Source: a virus. From it: a stretch of DNA of 64,000 nt. The stretch's first letter is position 1; each line of letters opens with the position of its first letter. The notes below the pieces were generated by a model. The model saw only the letters and a program-made list of their open reading frames with translations. It made no database searches and was not told where the DNA came from. The position numbers were made by a program, and so were the translations under genes. Below, in pieces: positions 24,342 through 34,153 of this stretch. The stretch spans positions 32,001 to 96,000 of the IMG/VR virus record IMGVR_UViG_3300037247_001689; one strand, given 5' to 3'.

Positions 24342-24580
24342 TGATAAAATTAAAAAAATATAAAACATGTAAATTTACATCTGGGTCTTATCATTGTTGG
24401 GAATATAAAGTATGTTCTGGTGAAGATGAAAAAGAAGAAAAAAGGGCATGCATATTGATGAAATTAATTAAAAAAAATAAAATTATTGGGCTAAGTCTCC
24501 GTGAATGGAAATATTTTAAACATCAAAATTTCATGTATCATATTTCAGGAATGGAAATGAGGGAATTGTCAAAATGGTAG
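24341..24580 (+). CDS. hypothetical protein
   Basis: TAATG overlap with the previous gene. Confidence 0.55.
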   Translation: MIKLKKYKTCKFTSGSYHCWEYKVCSGEDEKEEKRACILMKLIKKNKIIGLSLREWKYFKHQNFMYHISGMEMRELSKW

Positions 24581-24610
24581 AATGGATTAATGAAATTATA
24601 AACAACAACC

Positions 24611-24649
24611 AACCGCTGAATATAGTTGGCGGCTTAACTTTTAAAACTG
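24611..24649 (+). repeat. 39-bp intergenic stem-loop repeat, copy 2
   Basis: AACCGCTGAATATAGTTGGCGGCTTAACTTTTAAAACTG. Confidence 0.8.
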
Positions 24650-24657
24650 GGTGTAAA

Positions 24658-24867
24658 ATGGCTATAGTATTTAAGAAAACATCAAAAGGATATGAATACA
24701 GAACAAGCTACAAAAAGCATATTACGTCAGAGTGGAAACTTGATATTTATAAATCGAGTGATTTAAAAGGGTGGATAGTTTATTTTTACAAGTATGGAGA
24801 ATTTTTTAAAAAACAGCCATTAAATAAACTGACAGCAGTAAAAGAATTTATAAAAAATAATATCTAA
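24658..24867 (+). CDS. hypothetical protein
   Basis: ATG 8 nt after repeat copy 2. Confidence 0.65.
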   Translation: MAIVFKKTSKGYEYRTSYKKHITSEWKLDIYKSSDLKGWIVYFYKYGEFFKKQPLNKLTAVKEFIKNNI

Positions 24868-24873
24868 CAATTC

Positions 24874-24905
24874 CCCTACGGTAACGGATAAAGCCGACCG
24901 TAGGG
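24874..24905. terminator. hairpin between convergent transcription units
   Basis: CCCTACGGT / ACCGTAGGG stem. Confidence 0.65.
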
Positions 24906-24916
24906 TTCTAATCTAA

Positions 24917-25597
24917 TTAAGGACCAATCTTAATCGCCGACTGCTCAGTAAAACCAATTTTCTTCCTAACAGTTGGCGTTTGAACAATATCATTTGAAGT
25001 CTTAACCGATATCTTTAAATCCATAAATCTAGATCCAAAGCTTTCCGTTTCGGTTCCAGATACAAGCAACCTAAAATATTGAAAAGTATCCATCTCAGCC
25101 AGTAACAATATTTGATCATCCCCGCCAGCTTCTCCATCGCCTCTGTCAGTCACATTTGAAGTTGCTTTATAGATCGTGGTCGTTCCATCTGTTAATTCAA
25201 TGGAAACTTTTAAGCCGGACGAGTTAGAATCAATTCTGAATTCTGGTTGCCAGTCATCTGCTTTATTTACTGTTTGCTCCCAGATATTAATATCGAAAGG
25301 AATTTGTAGGAATGTGCTTGGTATACTTGCGAAGGAATCAATATCAATTTGTTTTGCATTCAACTGATTTGTCATTGTCCAAGTATACTCTTCATATCCT
25401 ACTGGAAATGAATCAAGGTTAGCATAGGGCCATTGAAAAATACCCGTTGTTCCAAATTGTACGCATACCGTGTCTGCTAATAATGCTGGGGTAACATCAT
25501 TCCTTTCTTTATCAAATAATTGAATAGTCACGGTGTCCCCATTTGCGAACAAAGCTTGAGCATGTGCATCTTGAATGTCTTTTAGATTGAGTTCCAT
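24917..25597 (-). CDS. putative virion structural protein (beta-rich)
   Basis: Acidic, T/S-rich; directly downstream of the fibre gene. Confidence 0.6.
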   Translation of the reverse strand: MELNLKDIQDAHAQALFANGDTVTIQLFDKERNDVTPALLADTVCVQFGTTGIFQWPYANLDSFPVGYEEYTWTMTNQLNAKQIDIDSFASIPSTFLQIPFDINIWEQTVNKADDWQPEFRIDSNSSGLKVSIELTDGTTTIYKATSNVTDRGDGEAGGDDQILLLAEMDTFQYFRLLVSGTETESFGSRFMDLKISVKTSNDIVQTPTVRKKIGFTEQSAIKIGP

Positions 25598-25606
25598 TGT
25601 TTCCTT

Positions 25607-28600
25607 TTAGGTTGTCACTTTACTGGTTCTTATGATTGGGTGATCAGCGCTATCAGTGATATCTTCCCAATCTTCCCCGACGAATAAACCGCTTGGTGGT
25701 GTAATCAAAGTTCCTGTTTTTCTAGATACAAATTCCATGGCTGTTTCAGATTCGTTAACATATAAAACCTTCCCTTTTTGCCCTGTATAACTTGATGGCG
25801 TATCGGTTAACCCTGGTAATGTTAAAACTCCTGTTCCTCCAGCACCGCCTCCTGCTGTCGTATTCGGTATTTTCCCCCTGAGATCTTCAGTGTCATATAA
25901 TGACCATGATGTCCCGCCTGGCTGTAATACAAATGTAAACCTTGCGATTAAAAACCCGACACCTCTAAAACCGATAGGGATATCATAAACGGAAAAATTA
26001 GAAGCGTCTGATACTGCATTTGCAGGTATATTTTTTGAATAAGACCCAACGGGCAAATTTAACATTAAATGGGATGTTTGTCCTGTTCTGTTTTGGACTC
26101 CCCACACCACAAAACTAAAACTTGAATTTGATAATGTTGCGCCTAACGCATCTAAAATTTCACTGTTAAGATTATTTATGGTTAAATAAGGTGTCACAGA
26201 ATGATTAATAACATGCATGTCGTCACCTGTCTGCATGTCAAAAGATGGAAAATCTTGTTTATGAATTTGGTATGCCTTCCCAGATGTGGTCGAAACCCAA
26301 ACGTCATCTGGAGTAGAACCTTCGTCAATCGTAACTGATCCTTCTACACCGCTATGGTAAACAGATTGCATTTGGCGCATTCTTTCTGTGATATGTGAAA
26401 GATGGCCTTGAAAAGAAGTAGTGCTTTCTATGTGATCATTCCAATTGTGATTTTTCAGAGCATCATCAGTTTGAGTTGTCGCGGCAGTTCTTAAGATAAC
26501 AGAAGCTACTTTTATGTGTTCTGCTGTCGGCCAGTCAGATGTGCTGGTCGTTAAAACCTTTGTGCTTTTAGGAATGTATATAAAATTCTCTTGTGGTATG
26601 TCATCTGTACCAGGAGTTAAAACTATTGTTGCAGAAGGGGTCGCGGTAAACATCGTAAACCCGTCACTAAATATCATAGTTATATCAGGGTGCCCGTTTT
26701 CAGGGGAAAGACTACCCGTGATGACTGCACCATTGCTTGAGACTGTAAAATTAATTGCCTCTCTGAATGTTCCGTTCCAAAAATTTACTACTGTATCCTC
26801 TGGCTCTCCGTTGGCATTAATAAAGAAAGATCCAGTCACAGCGTCAGTCTTAGTTACTCCCCCCATCATGATTGAATAATCTGGGAATTCTGGCTTTGTG
26901 TCCGTTAAGTCACCCGCGACTGTAGAGCTTACCCAAATTGGCGAACCCTCAGTTAGCGATGATGTATCAACGCCACGAACTCTCCCAAAACGTGTTGCTA
27001 ATCCGAAAGATTCATCTGGAATATCCATGGTTGTAACATATTTTGAAACAGATATGGTTTCGTGAGTGTCTGATATCATTTTTTCAATCGAAGGGCGTTC
27101 CATAAAAGTAGTAACTGGATATACAGCCTTCCCATTTTCAATCAAACTTCCAGAATCGTTATAGACAATAGTGTATAATTCTTGACCGACTTGAAGAACC
27201 GGACCTAACCCTGTTATTATATCAATCGTGAAATCGTCAGAATTCCATGATAATACGTCATCAGGAGCACCTGTTAATTTTACAGAATCAAAAACATGTG
27301 CTTCAACTTTTTCTTCTGTATAATACTTATTTATTCCTTCCGTTATATCGTCAGTATCGAGGGTTATGATACCTGTTTTGCCGGATACGCTTTGAACCAG
27401 ATCTTCACTTGGTATTTTTTCCCAAATTAACCCTGAGTAAATCAAGGCATCGCCAGGTGCGACTTTAATATTTCCAGACCCGAAATCATGCGTACCGGAA
27501 ACTGAGTTTTTATAAAAATCTCCTAAATCGCCTGTTCCATCAATTAAAGTTGGCGTATTTGTAATGATATTATAGGCACCTTTATAATCCATTACTGAAG
27601 CTGGTAATTGTGCAGCTGGGATTTTACTTCCAGAATCTAAAGTTGCCACACCATTTGCGGATCCTTTTTGTGAAAGTGGTATTTGCTGAACGTTGTCAAC
27701 ATTCCCAAGGTCGACTTGTGTTTTCGTAACATTGTGGGGATCGTCGGTCGCGATTCTATGTGCGTTATTTAACACCACGTCAGAGTGGTTTTTACCATCA
27801 GAAGTACGATGCGTATCATTTAGAGCGACATTAGTATGGTCAGACCCATTCCCTGCTCTATGAGAATTATTTAGAACAACATCAGAGTGATCTTTACCAT
27901 CACTTCCTGTGTGGGTCGTGTTTAATGCGACATTAGTATGGTCAGACCCATTCCCATTGCGGTGAGTATTGTTTAACACAACATCACCATGACTTTTTCC
28001 GTCTGCGTCTCTGTGAAGGGTATTTGAGTTAACATTCGTATTGCTGTTAACCCGTGATTCTGTATAATAAAGATTAACATTTTCATCGATATCATTTGTG
28101 TCGAGGACAACCGCCCCTGTTTGTTCATTAACTGATTGAACAGATGCAGGAGAAGGGATGTCTTCCCAAATCAAACCATTGTATATTAATGAATCACCTT
28201 CTGATACTGCAACATTACCTGACCCAAAGTCTCTTGTACCTGCGACACTACAGATAAAATAGTCCCCGTTAGTTCCTGTTCCATCTATAACAGTAGGTGT
28301 GTTCGTGACAATATTATATGTACCTAAATAAGTCTGTGGGGATGTCGGTAGTAATGCGATTGGAACCTTGCCGTCTCCACCAAGAGGTGTATATCCGTTT
28401 GCTTGACCTTTTTCAGCTAGATTCTCAGCAGTATATCCAAGTGCATCTTGTTTACCATTCCAAGTTGATTTCTCAGAATCTGAGACGAACCGGTTATTTA
28501 AATCTTGAGTGATAATTGCAGGGGGATGGTTAACGGGGTGAGAATAATTATTAGCATTTTCATCAATATCTGCCAGTTTAGTTTCTTCTTCAGTCGTATA

Positions 28601-28759
28601 ACTTGCAGTGTCGCCGTCCAATATCGCTTTATTTGTGTGTGAATGCCCTAATGCTTCCTCCCATGCAACATCGCCGGGATTTGATGATTGTTTGACCAAA
28701 TGCTCACCAGTATTCCCGTCTTGGGGTAGTTCTTTTGATCCTAACGTCGGTCTACTCAT
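25607..28759 (-). CDS. long fibre-like virion protein with internal repeats
   Basis: Duplicated KG.ANG...L...KVP..LP/YLGTYNI.TNTPT.IDGTG/VQSV..TG...LDTDDI module; His repeats; PHNVTKTQVDLGNVDN and LTDTPSSY fibre motifs. Confidence 0.8.
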   Translation of the reverse strand: MSRPTLGSKELPQDGNTGEHLVKQSSNPGDVAWEEALGHSHTNKAILDGDTASYTTEEETKLADIDENANNYSHPVNHPPAIITQDLNNRFVSDSEKSTWNGKQDALGYTAENLAEKGQANGYTPLGGDGKVPIALLPTSPQTYLGTYNIVTNTPTVIDGTGTNGDYFICSVAGTRDFGSGNVAVSEGDSLIYNGLIWEDIPSPASVQSVNEQTGAVVLDTNDIDENVNLYYTESRVNSNTNVNSNTLHRDADGKSHGDVVLNNTHRNGNGSDHTNVALNTTHTGSDGKDHSDVVLNNSHRAGNGSDHTNVALNDTHRTSDGKNHSDVVLNNAHRIATDDPHNVTKTQVDLGNVDNVQQIPLSQKGSANGVATLDSGSKIPAAQLPASVMDYKGAYNIITNTPTLIDGTGDLGDFYKNSVSGTHDFGSGNIKVAPGDALIYSGLIWEKIPSEDLVQSVSGKTGIITLDTDDITEGINKYYTEEKVEAHVFDSVKLTGAPDDVLSWNSDDFTIDIITGLGPVLQVGQELYTIVYNDSGSLIENGKAVYPVTTFMERPSIEKMISDTHETISVSKYVTTMDIPDESFGLATRFGRVRGVDTSSLTEGSPIWVSSTVAGDLTDTKPEFPDYSIMMGGVTKTDAVTGSFFINANGEPEDTVVNFWNGTFREAINFTVSSNGAVITGSLSPENGHPDITMIFSDGFTMFTATPSATIVLTPGTDDIPQENFIYIPKSTKVLTTSTSDWPTAEHIKVASVILRTAATTQTDDALKNHNWNDHIESTTSFQGHLSHITERMRQMQSVYHSGVEGSVTIDEGSTPDDVWVSTTSGKAYQIHKQDFPSFDMQTGDDMHVINHSVTPYLTINNLNSEILDALGATLSNSSFSFVVWGVQNRTGQTSHLMLNLPVGSYSKNIPANAVSDASNFSVYDIPIGFRGVGFLIARFTFVLQPGGTSWSLYDTEDLRGKIPNTTAGGGAGGTGVLTLPGLTDTPSSYTGQKGKVLYVNESETAMEFVSRKTGTLITPPSGLFVGEDWEDITDSADHPIIRTSKVTT
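27734..28033 (-). repeat. six 17-aa His-containing tandem repeats (102-bp super-period)
   Basis: (S/G)DVVLNNxHRxGNGSDH alternating with TNVALNxTHxxSDGKxH; DNA repeat at 27825 and 27927. Confidence 0.9.
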
Positions 28760-28831
28760 GTCGTATATATATAGAAGGTTAACGATTTAGTTTTCTTCTA
28801 ATATTTCACTACATATATATAGAATCAAACG

Positions 28832-29032
28832 CTATATCGATTCTAATTTAGATAAAACCCTCTGATCACTACTTTTTAACCTCGTTTTTACCCACGAAAG
28901 GGAACGTGGTTCCTTTGTTTCCGAATTTATAAAAACATTGTCGTTTAAAGCTTTCCTGATCAATTTCTCTAAAGACATATCCTTTTTGACTGCTAATATT
29001 TTTGCTTTTTGATGTACGCTTAATTCATCCAT
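28832..29032 (-). CDS. small putative regulator (ribbon-helix-helix-like)
   Basis: VHQKAKILAVKKDMSLEKLIRKAL resembles RHH helices. Confidence 0.55.
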   Translation of the reverse strand: MDELSVHQKAKILAVKKDMSLEKLIRKALNDNVFINSETKEPRSLSWVKTRLKSSDQRVLSKLESI

Positions 29033-29155
29033 AAATATCTGTGTTTGCGGTTAGTGTTACGTTTACGTTTTAAATAATCCAAATTTACCGCTTATCCGTT
29101 TGCATTTCAAACAGCATTTATAGATATAATACAGAAAAACTTAACAGATAGGACT

Positions 29156-29875
29156 ATGAACAAATTAAACATCATACCGAGAAGAGACCAGCAACGGTTT
29201 ATAAAGGATACAAAGGGAATCGTTTTGCATTATGCGATTCGGTCCTGTCCTTGTGACGGTGTTAATTGTTCTGTTTGTGGCGGTAAAATGAAATATTATG
29301 ATGACCCTGTTCCGATTAATGCCGCAATTTTAGCTGGTAACAATTCTAGCAAAAAAGAAGCGAGAATGGCAAATATTGATATGGGGAATTATCAGTTAAT
29401 TGTAGAAGGTAGATTTGCACTTGCGAAACATGATCGTGTTAAACCATTTGGAACCAGAGAATTTGAACAATTGGATGAGATATTATTGGTCGAACAATCC
29501 ATTTTAACATTCACCCCAATTCATCCACGATTAGTAACAATTAGTTTTGTAAATCAGAGTAGCGGTGTTTTAAGCTATGAAGGTGATAAAGATTTTACAT
29601 TTGATCTTGAGTCAAAAAATGGTGGACCACCTGTCTATTCGAAAGAAATTAAATGGTTAACGGATCCGGCAATTGGTCAGAAAAAATTCTCAGTTAGATA
29701 TCAACATTATCCTGAATATGAAATTCAAGAGATTCCTTCAGCGAGATTTAGCGAAGGCCAAAAATTAATGCAAAAAATACCACTGTCAAAAATAACGCTG
29801 ACGGGGAATATAAAAACAAAATCAAATGAGAAGTCAGTAGATGCAGTTATCGGCGGGGGTATGAAATATGTTTGA
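29156..29875 (+). CDS. head closure/completion protein (SPO1-like)
   Basis: SCPC..CSVCGG motif and FSVRYQHYPEY C-terminal motif; first gene of the structural operon. Confidence 0.6.
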   Translation: MNKLNIIPRRDQQRFIKDTKGIVLHYAIRSCPCDGVNCSVCGGKMKYYDDPVPINAAILAGNNSSKKEARMANIDMGNYQLIVEGRFALAKHDRVKPFGTREFEQLDEILLVEQSILTFTPIHPRLVTISFVNQSSGVLSYEGDKDFTFDLESKNGGPPVYSKEIKWLTDPAIGQKKFSVRYQHYPEYEIQEIPSARFSEGQKLMQKIPLSKITLTGNIKTKSNEKSVDAVIGGGMKYV

Positions 29876-30572
29876 TGATAGCAATGTTATGCTTAATTTC
29901 TGGATTACAGATATCGGGGATTTAGAACTTGAAAAAAGTCTTGGAAGCGGTGCAAGGATACTTGGTGGTTACGCAGCTGGAACCACGAAAGATTTTCAAG
30001 ATGAACAAATGATAATGAAAGGGATGGATTTTAATTATTTGAAATCTAATCAGGGCGTTATTAACTGGGATCATCAAAAACGAATGATCATTGGAAAGCC
30101 AATACCTTCGTTCGTCGGGATGGTAGCAGGAAAAGGACTGTATGTAAAAGGTATTTTATCTCAAAAATCTGATTATCCAAATCCAAACCATCCAGATACA
30201 CAAAAAGCATTAGAGCAAGCTGAGTGGGCATGGGATCATGCAATGAGATATAAAAGCAATCCTAATTCAGTACCACCCTTGGCATGGTCAATCGAAGGTC
30301 AGATGGTTAAAAAAGGTAACATGATTTATAAGTCAATGGCAACAGCAGTCGCTTTGACCGATAAAGCGATTAACCCTCATGATTGTACAGTAACAGCACT
30401 TGCGAAATCATTTGCTGAACAGGAAAAAGAGGACACGACGAACATTTTAGTTTCAAAAGGTTTTGATCCTTCGGATATTACAAACCATAGAAAATATCAA
30501 TTATTTTGTAAAAGCATCGGCTTGTCAGTCGATCAATCAGAAATCCTTTTATTTAAAATAAGGAGTTTATAA
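29868..30572 (+). CDS. prohead protease
   Basis: GYA..DFQDE..INWDH..IGKP..GLYVKG..WSIEG..VALT..AINP. Confidence 0.85.
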   Translation: MFDDSNVMLNFWITDIGDLELEKSLGSGARILGGYAAGTTKDFQDEQMIMKGMDFNYLKSNQGVINWDHQKRMIIGKPIPSFVGMVAGKGLYVKGILSQKSDYPNPNHPDTQKALEQAEWAWDHAMRYKSNPNSVPPLAWSIEGQMVKKGNMIYKSMATAVALTDKAINPHDCTVTALAKSFAEQEKEDTTNILVSKGFDPSDITNHRKYQLFCKSIGLSVDQSEILLFKIRSL

Positions 30573-31393
30573 TGGCTGATAAGTTAACAGCAGAAGAAGA
30601 AGCAAAGGCTAGAGAGCTTAAGCAAAAAACGAGTACGGAAAAGTCAAAACTGGATCAAATCGTTGATGGTGTTTCTGAAATGACAGACCTGTTAAAATCA
30701 CAGGCCGGTGAAAAAAAGCCTGACGAAGATCCAAAAAAAGATGATTTGGACATGGATTTAAGTGTTGAGGATATGGCTAAAGCGATTATGGCTTCTGAAG
30801 ATCCTAACAAAATGTTCAAAAGTTTGCTGGAGCATTGTGATGTTGGTCTTGAAAACATTTTGGATGAGAATCAAGAACGATATTACAGTGATGAAATGCT
30901 GAAATCGCTGGAAGATTCTACTGAAAAAACCGACTTAGTGTTAAATGGCGTTATTCAGGCTGGCAAGGCTGCAAATGAAAGATACGCGAAAGCGTATTCT
31001 GTGAACGCAAAGATAATGCTGAGTATGATGAAGTCTTTTGGCGGCATGGTCTCAGAAATGTCCGAAATGAAAAAATCAATGACCCCTCCCGTAGCAGCAG
31101 ATCCGGTCATTGAAAAAGAAATTGACACACCGTTAGGTGATGGAGCGGCAGTGCCTCCAAAATCACTTGATACTGATCTAAATGCAACAGGGGCGAAGTA
31201 CACAACGGATCAGATGACATCTGCATTGAAAAAATCTTTCCAAGATACGGATCCTGTAAAGTATCACACGTATACCAAGCAGCTGCGTAAACTTGGCGGT
31301 GATGCAGATTTATTTTATTCACATCTGGATGGATCTAACAGTCCATCAATCAGAGACGATGCATCAACGATGTTCATACATCTAATTAATTAA
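30572..31393 (+). CDS. capsid scaffolding protein
   Basis: Acidic helical protein between protease and MCP; repeated [LM]xK[SA]. Confidence 0.7.
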   Translation: MADKLTAEEEAKARELKQKTSTEKSKLDQIVDGVSEMTDLLKSQAGEKKPDEDPKKDDLDMDLSVEDMAKAIMASEDPNKMFKSLLEHCDVGLENILDENQERYYSDEMLKSLEDSTEKTDLVLNGVIQAGKAANERYAKAYSVNAKIMLSMMKSFGGMVSEMSEMKKSMTPPVAADPVIEKEIDTPLGDGAAVPPKSLDTDLNATGAKYTTDQMTSALKKSFQDTDPVKYHTYTKQLRKLGGDADLFYSHLDGSNSPSIRDDASTMFIHLIN

Positions 31394-31405
31394 AAAGAGG
31401 AAGAT

Positions 31406-33310
31406 ATGGCACCAACTCCACAAGTGCAAAAAACCCCTGATGTTGTTACCAGAGAAGAGTTTGAATTTCAAGCAAATCAGCTTAGTAGCTTAATGAAGGC
31501 TAATAAGCTACAGGGTAGTCAGATTGAGTTCATGAAACATTCTCATGAAATGCAAAAAGGGATGAAACCATCATTTATAATGCCAGAAACATCAAAAACA
31601 TTTGATGATATGTTGGCAGAGAGTGGCTTCACCAGTGAAGAATGGTTTAACGAAGTTTCAGAAAACCTTGCTCGTGAAAAAGGCGTTCAGGGTCCGGCAT
31701 TACATTCGATGCAAAAGTCCTTATCTGAATCAGCACGTTTAAAAACAGCTGAAAAGGACATGATGACTAATCATCCTGAGATATCAGCACAGCTTGCGAA
31801 ATCATGGGGAACACCTGAATATGAAAATGTGTTAAGCATGAACAAAGCAATTTTGGGTGATCCAGCAGATCCAAGCGCACCTGGTTCATGGTTTACATTT
31901 TTAGAAGAAAACCTTTCTCCTGACATTCAGCGTATTATCTTTGAGAGACAAGATGCAACCGCGATGATGAGCGTCCCGACTGCCATTACTACTTCAGTTA
32001 ACCCTGAAGTTGGAAAATTGGTGAGTGGTGGTTCTGGTTGGGGTAAGCATAGTCTTGGTTTTCCAGAAGGCGATACCGCTGATTTCGGAGGACAGGAAGT
32101 TTCTGAACGGATCTTCAGCAAGCTGTATCAAAAAGGTGTTAGAGCCAGAGTTACTGAATATTTAATCGGTAACCAACAGAAAATGCTGACTCGTGACCCT
32201 ATTGCTTACGAGCGTGAGTTAAGATTGCTGGAATTCGTTTTAGGCTGTAACCATCAGATCATGTATGGTGATCCAACGATTAATAAACGTGGCTCAGTCG
32301 AGCTTGAAATGCCTGGTATTTTATATCAAATGGATCGTGACGAATCAGATAATGGATATCGCCCACATGTTCAGGATTGGAATGGAAAAACATTTAGCGA
32401 CACTCCTGCTAATAACCCACTGAATATTTTCAGACAAGTTGGCGAAGATCTGTGCATTAACGGTCGTATCGCAGGTAATAATATTACTGGGCGTTACAAG
32501 GTTTTAATTGACCTTTCAACTTCAAACCTGATCAGTACCCTTGTTGATGATAAACAGCGTATTATGATTGAAAATTACGCTAAAATTGCTCAAGAATGGG
32601 GTCAAAGTTTCACTGGCTTCGTGACTGATGTCGGTACATTCAACTGGCAACGATCTAAAACAATGGATCTGACAGAGAATGATACTTGGACACCAACCGA
32701 AAGAATTTCTGATTTTGCCATCGTTTGGCCAACAATCACAGAAACAGCAGTTCCAACATCTCCATCAGGTGAGCCTAAAACACTTCCTAACGCGAATTAT
32801 GTTTACAAAGTGACAGCTGTTAATGATCAAGCTGAAAGTAATGTTTCAAATTCATTCACAAATGCAGTTGCGACATCAACACAGCAAATAACGATTAACA
32901 TCCCGTATGATGCAGCATTTGCAGGTGGTGTGGTTGGTGGTAAAGTGATTACCCCGTGTCGACATTTTAACCTTTATCGGTTAAGAGCAGGTGAAGCAGA
33001 TGTTACAGAGAACTATTCATGCATCGCCAAGATTGCAATCAATGGAACAAGTACCACAACTTATGTTGATTACAATCAGAAAATGCCTGGTATGGCTGAT
33101 ATGTTCTTTATCTCAAATGATCCACGAGATATTGCTTACACTTCATTAGTTCCTGAATTTGAAATCCCTCTGTATGATATTTCAAAAGGTTCTACACGTC
33201 AGTGGATGCTGTATTGTATTAAGGGGCTTAACCTTTGGAATCCAAAACGTTGTTATGTTGTGCGTAACGTTCCTAAGTTCAGTACAAGTTCAATCAATCC
33301 TTGGGCTTAA
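31406..33310 (+). CDS. major capsid protein precursor (SPO1-like, with Ig/FN3-like insertion)
   Basis: EENL, IMYGD..LEMPGI; YVYKVTAVNDQAES..YRL..TYVDYNQKMPG insertion; position in module. Confidence 0.85.
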   Translation: MAPTPQVQKTPDVVTREEFEFQANQLSSLMKANKLQGSQIEFMKHSHEMQKGMKPSFIMPETSKTFDDMLAESGFTSEEWFNEVSENLAREKGVQGPALHSMQKSLSESARLKTAEKDMMTNHPEISAQLAKSWGTPEYENVLSMNKAILGDPADPSAPGSWFTFLEENLSPDIQRIIFERQDATAMMSVPTAITTSVNPEVGKLVSGGSGWGKHSLGFPEGDTADFGGQEVSERIFSKLYQKGVRARVTEYLIGNQQKMLTRDPIAYERELRLLEFVLGCNHQIMYGDPTINKRGSVELEMPGILYQMDRDESDNGYRPHVQDWNGKTFSDTPANNPLNIFRQVGEDLCINGRIAGNNITGRYKVLIDLSTSNLISTLVDDKQRIMIENYAKIAQEWGQSFTGFVTDVGTFNWQRSKTMDLTENDTWTPTERISDFAIVWPTITETAVPTSPSGEPKTLPNANYVYKVTAVNDQAESNVSNSFTNAVATSTQQITINIPYDAAFAGGVVGGKVITPCRHFNLYRLRAGEADVTENYSCIAKIAINGTSTTTYVDYNQKMPGMADMFFISNDPRDIAYTSLVPEFEIPLYDISKGSTRQWMLYCIKGLNLWNPKRCYVVRNVPKFSTSSINPWA

Positions 33311-33922
33311 ATGAAGTCGGAAGTCATCATTAGAAATTGGTTAATGGGGTGGTTTAGGCCGGAAGAAGAAACGGAACTAAACACCCCTGATAAATTGCGG
33401 CCAAAATTAGATAAAAGCTACTATGATTCTTTCATGGACCAATTTGTCGATAGCAAAAAAAAGCCTGTTTTTAGTGAGGATGAAAAGGAAGCGGTAAAAA
33501 AAATTATTGTGCAACCGCTTACTTTTGCAACCGGACATCCGCTTAATATTTCTGAAAAGCCGAAAGTCGGACATATATATATTACTGAAGCTGATTACTC
33601 AGAGACGAGTCATTATATCGGGTCAAGAATACTTTATGGGAAAACACCAACCAGTATTGTCGTCGTAGGGTCAACTGTTGGTAGTCTCTTAAATATGGCA
33701 GAACCAAGCATATTGATTAGGATAATTTCAATTTTGCTTTGGGCAGGTAGGAACTATTTTACATCTCAGCATCTTGAAGAACCGACTATTAACGAAACGA
33801 ATTTAGCGCAAGACGAAACTAACTCATTCGACAAAGGCATTGCGATGAGAAGTCTTATAATGTCATACAAAACAGAGATATCAAGCCCAATCACAAACTT
33901 TGGAGTTCTGGAAGATGGCTAA
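33311..33922 (+). CDS. putative tail terminator/completion protein
   Basis: Position between MCP and sheath; C-terminal RSLIMSY. Confidence 0.5.
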   Translation: MKSEVIIRNWLMGWFRPEEETELNTPDKLRPKLDKSYYDSFMDQFVDSKKKPVFSEDEKEAVKKIIVQPLTFATGHPLNISEKPKVGHIYITEADYSETSHYIGSRILYGKTPTSIVVVGSTVGSLLNMAEPSILIRIISILLWAGRNYFTSQHLEEPTINETNLAQDETNSFDKGIAMRSLIMSYKTEISSPITNFGVLEDG

Positions 33923-34151
33923 AAATAAAAAAGACACTGATCAACCACAGAATGAAGAAAAACCAGTTGAACAGCCAAATCCCAAACAATCATATATTTC
34001 AGCCAAGAATTTTGCTAAAAAACTAAGGTTGGAATTAAAAGAAAAAAACATATCAGAAACAGTATTTGTAGCATTCGAGCGAACGGTAAAATCTATCGAT
34101 TCTGAAGAAAATTTCAGAAAGGTCTGGAAATCAACTTTTTATAGGTCATAA
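33915..34151 (+). CDS. small protein preceding the sheath
   Basis: GGAG SD; typical synteny of SPO1-like modules. Confidence 0.65.
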   Translation: MAKNKKDTDQPQNEEKPVEQPNPKQSYISAKNFAKKLRLELKEKNISETVFVAFERTVKSIDSEENFRKVWKSTFYRS

Positions 34152-34153
34152 TC

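Noticed and set aside
24059-24649. attC-like reading of TAAC..GTT around the 39-bp repeats
   Set aside because: No consistent R''/L''/L'/R' box structure in both copies and no integron integrase.
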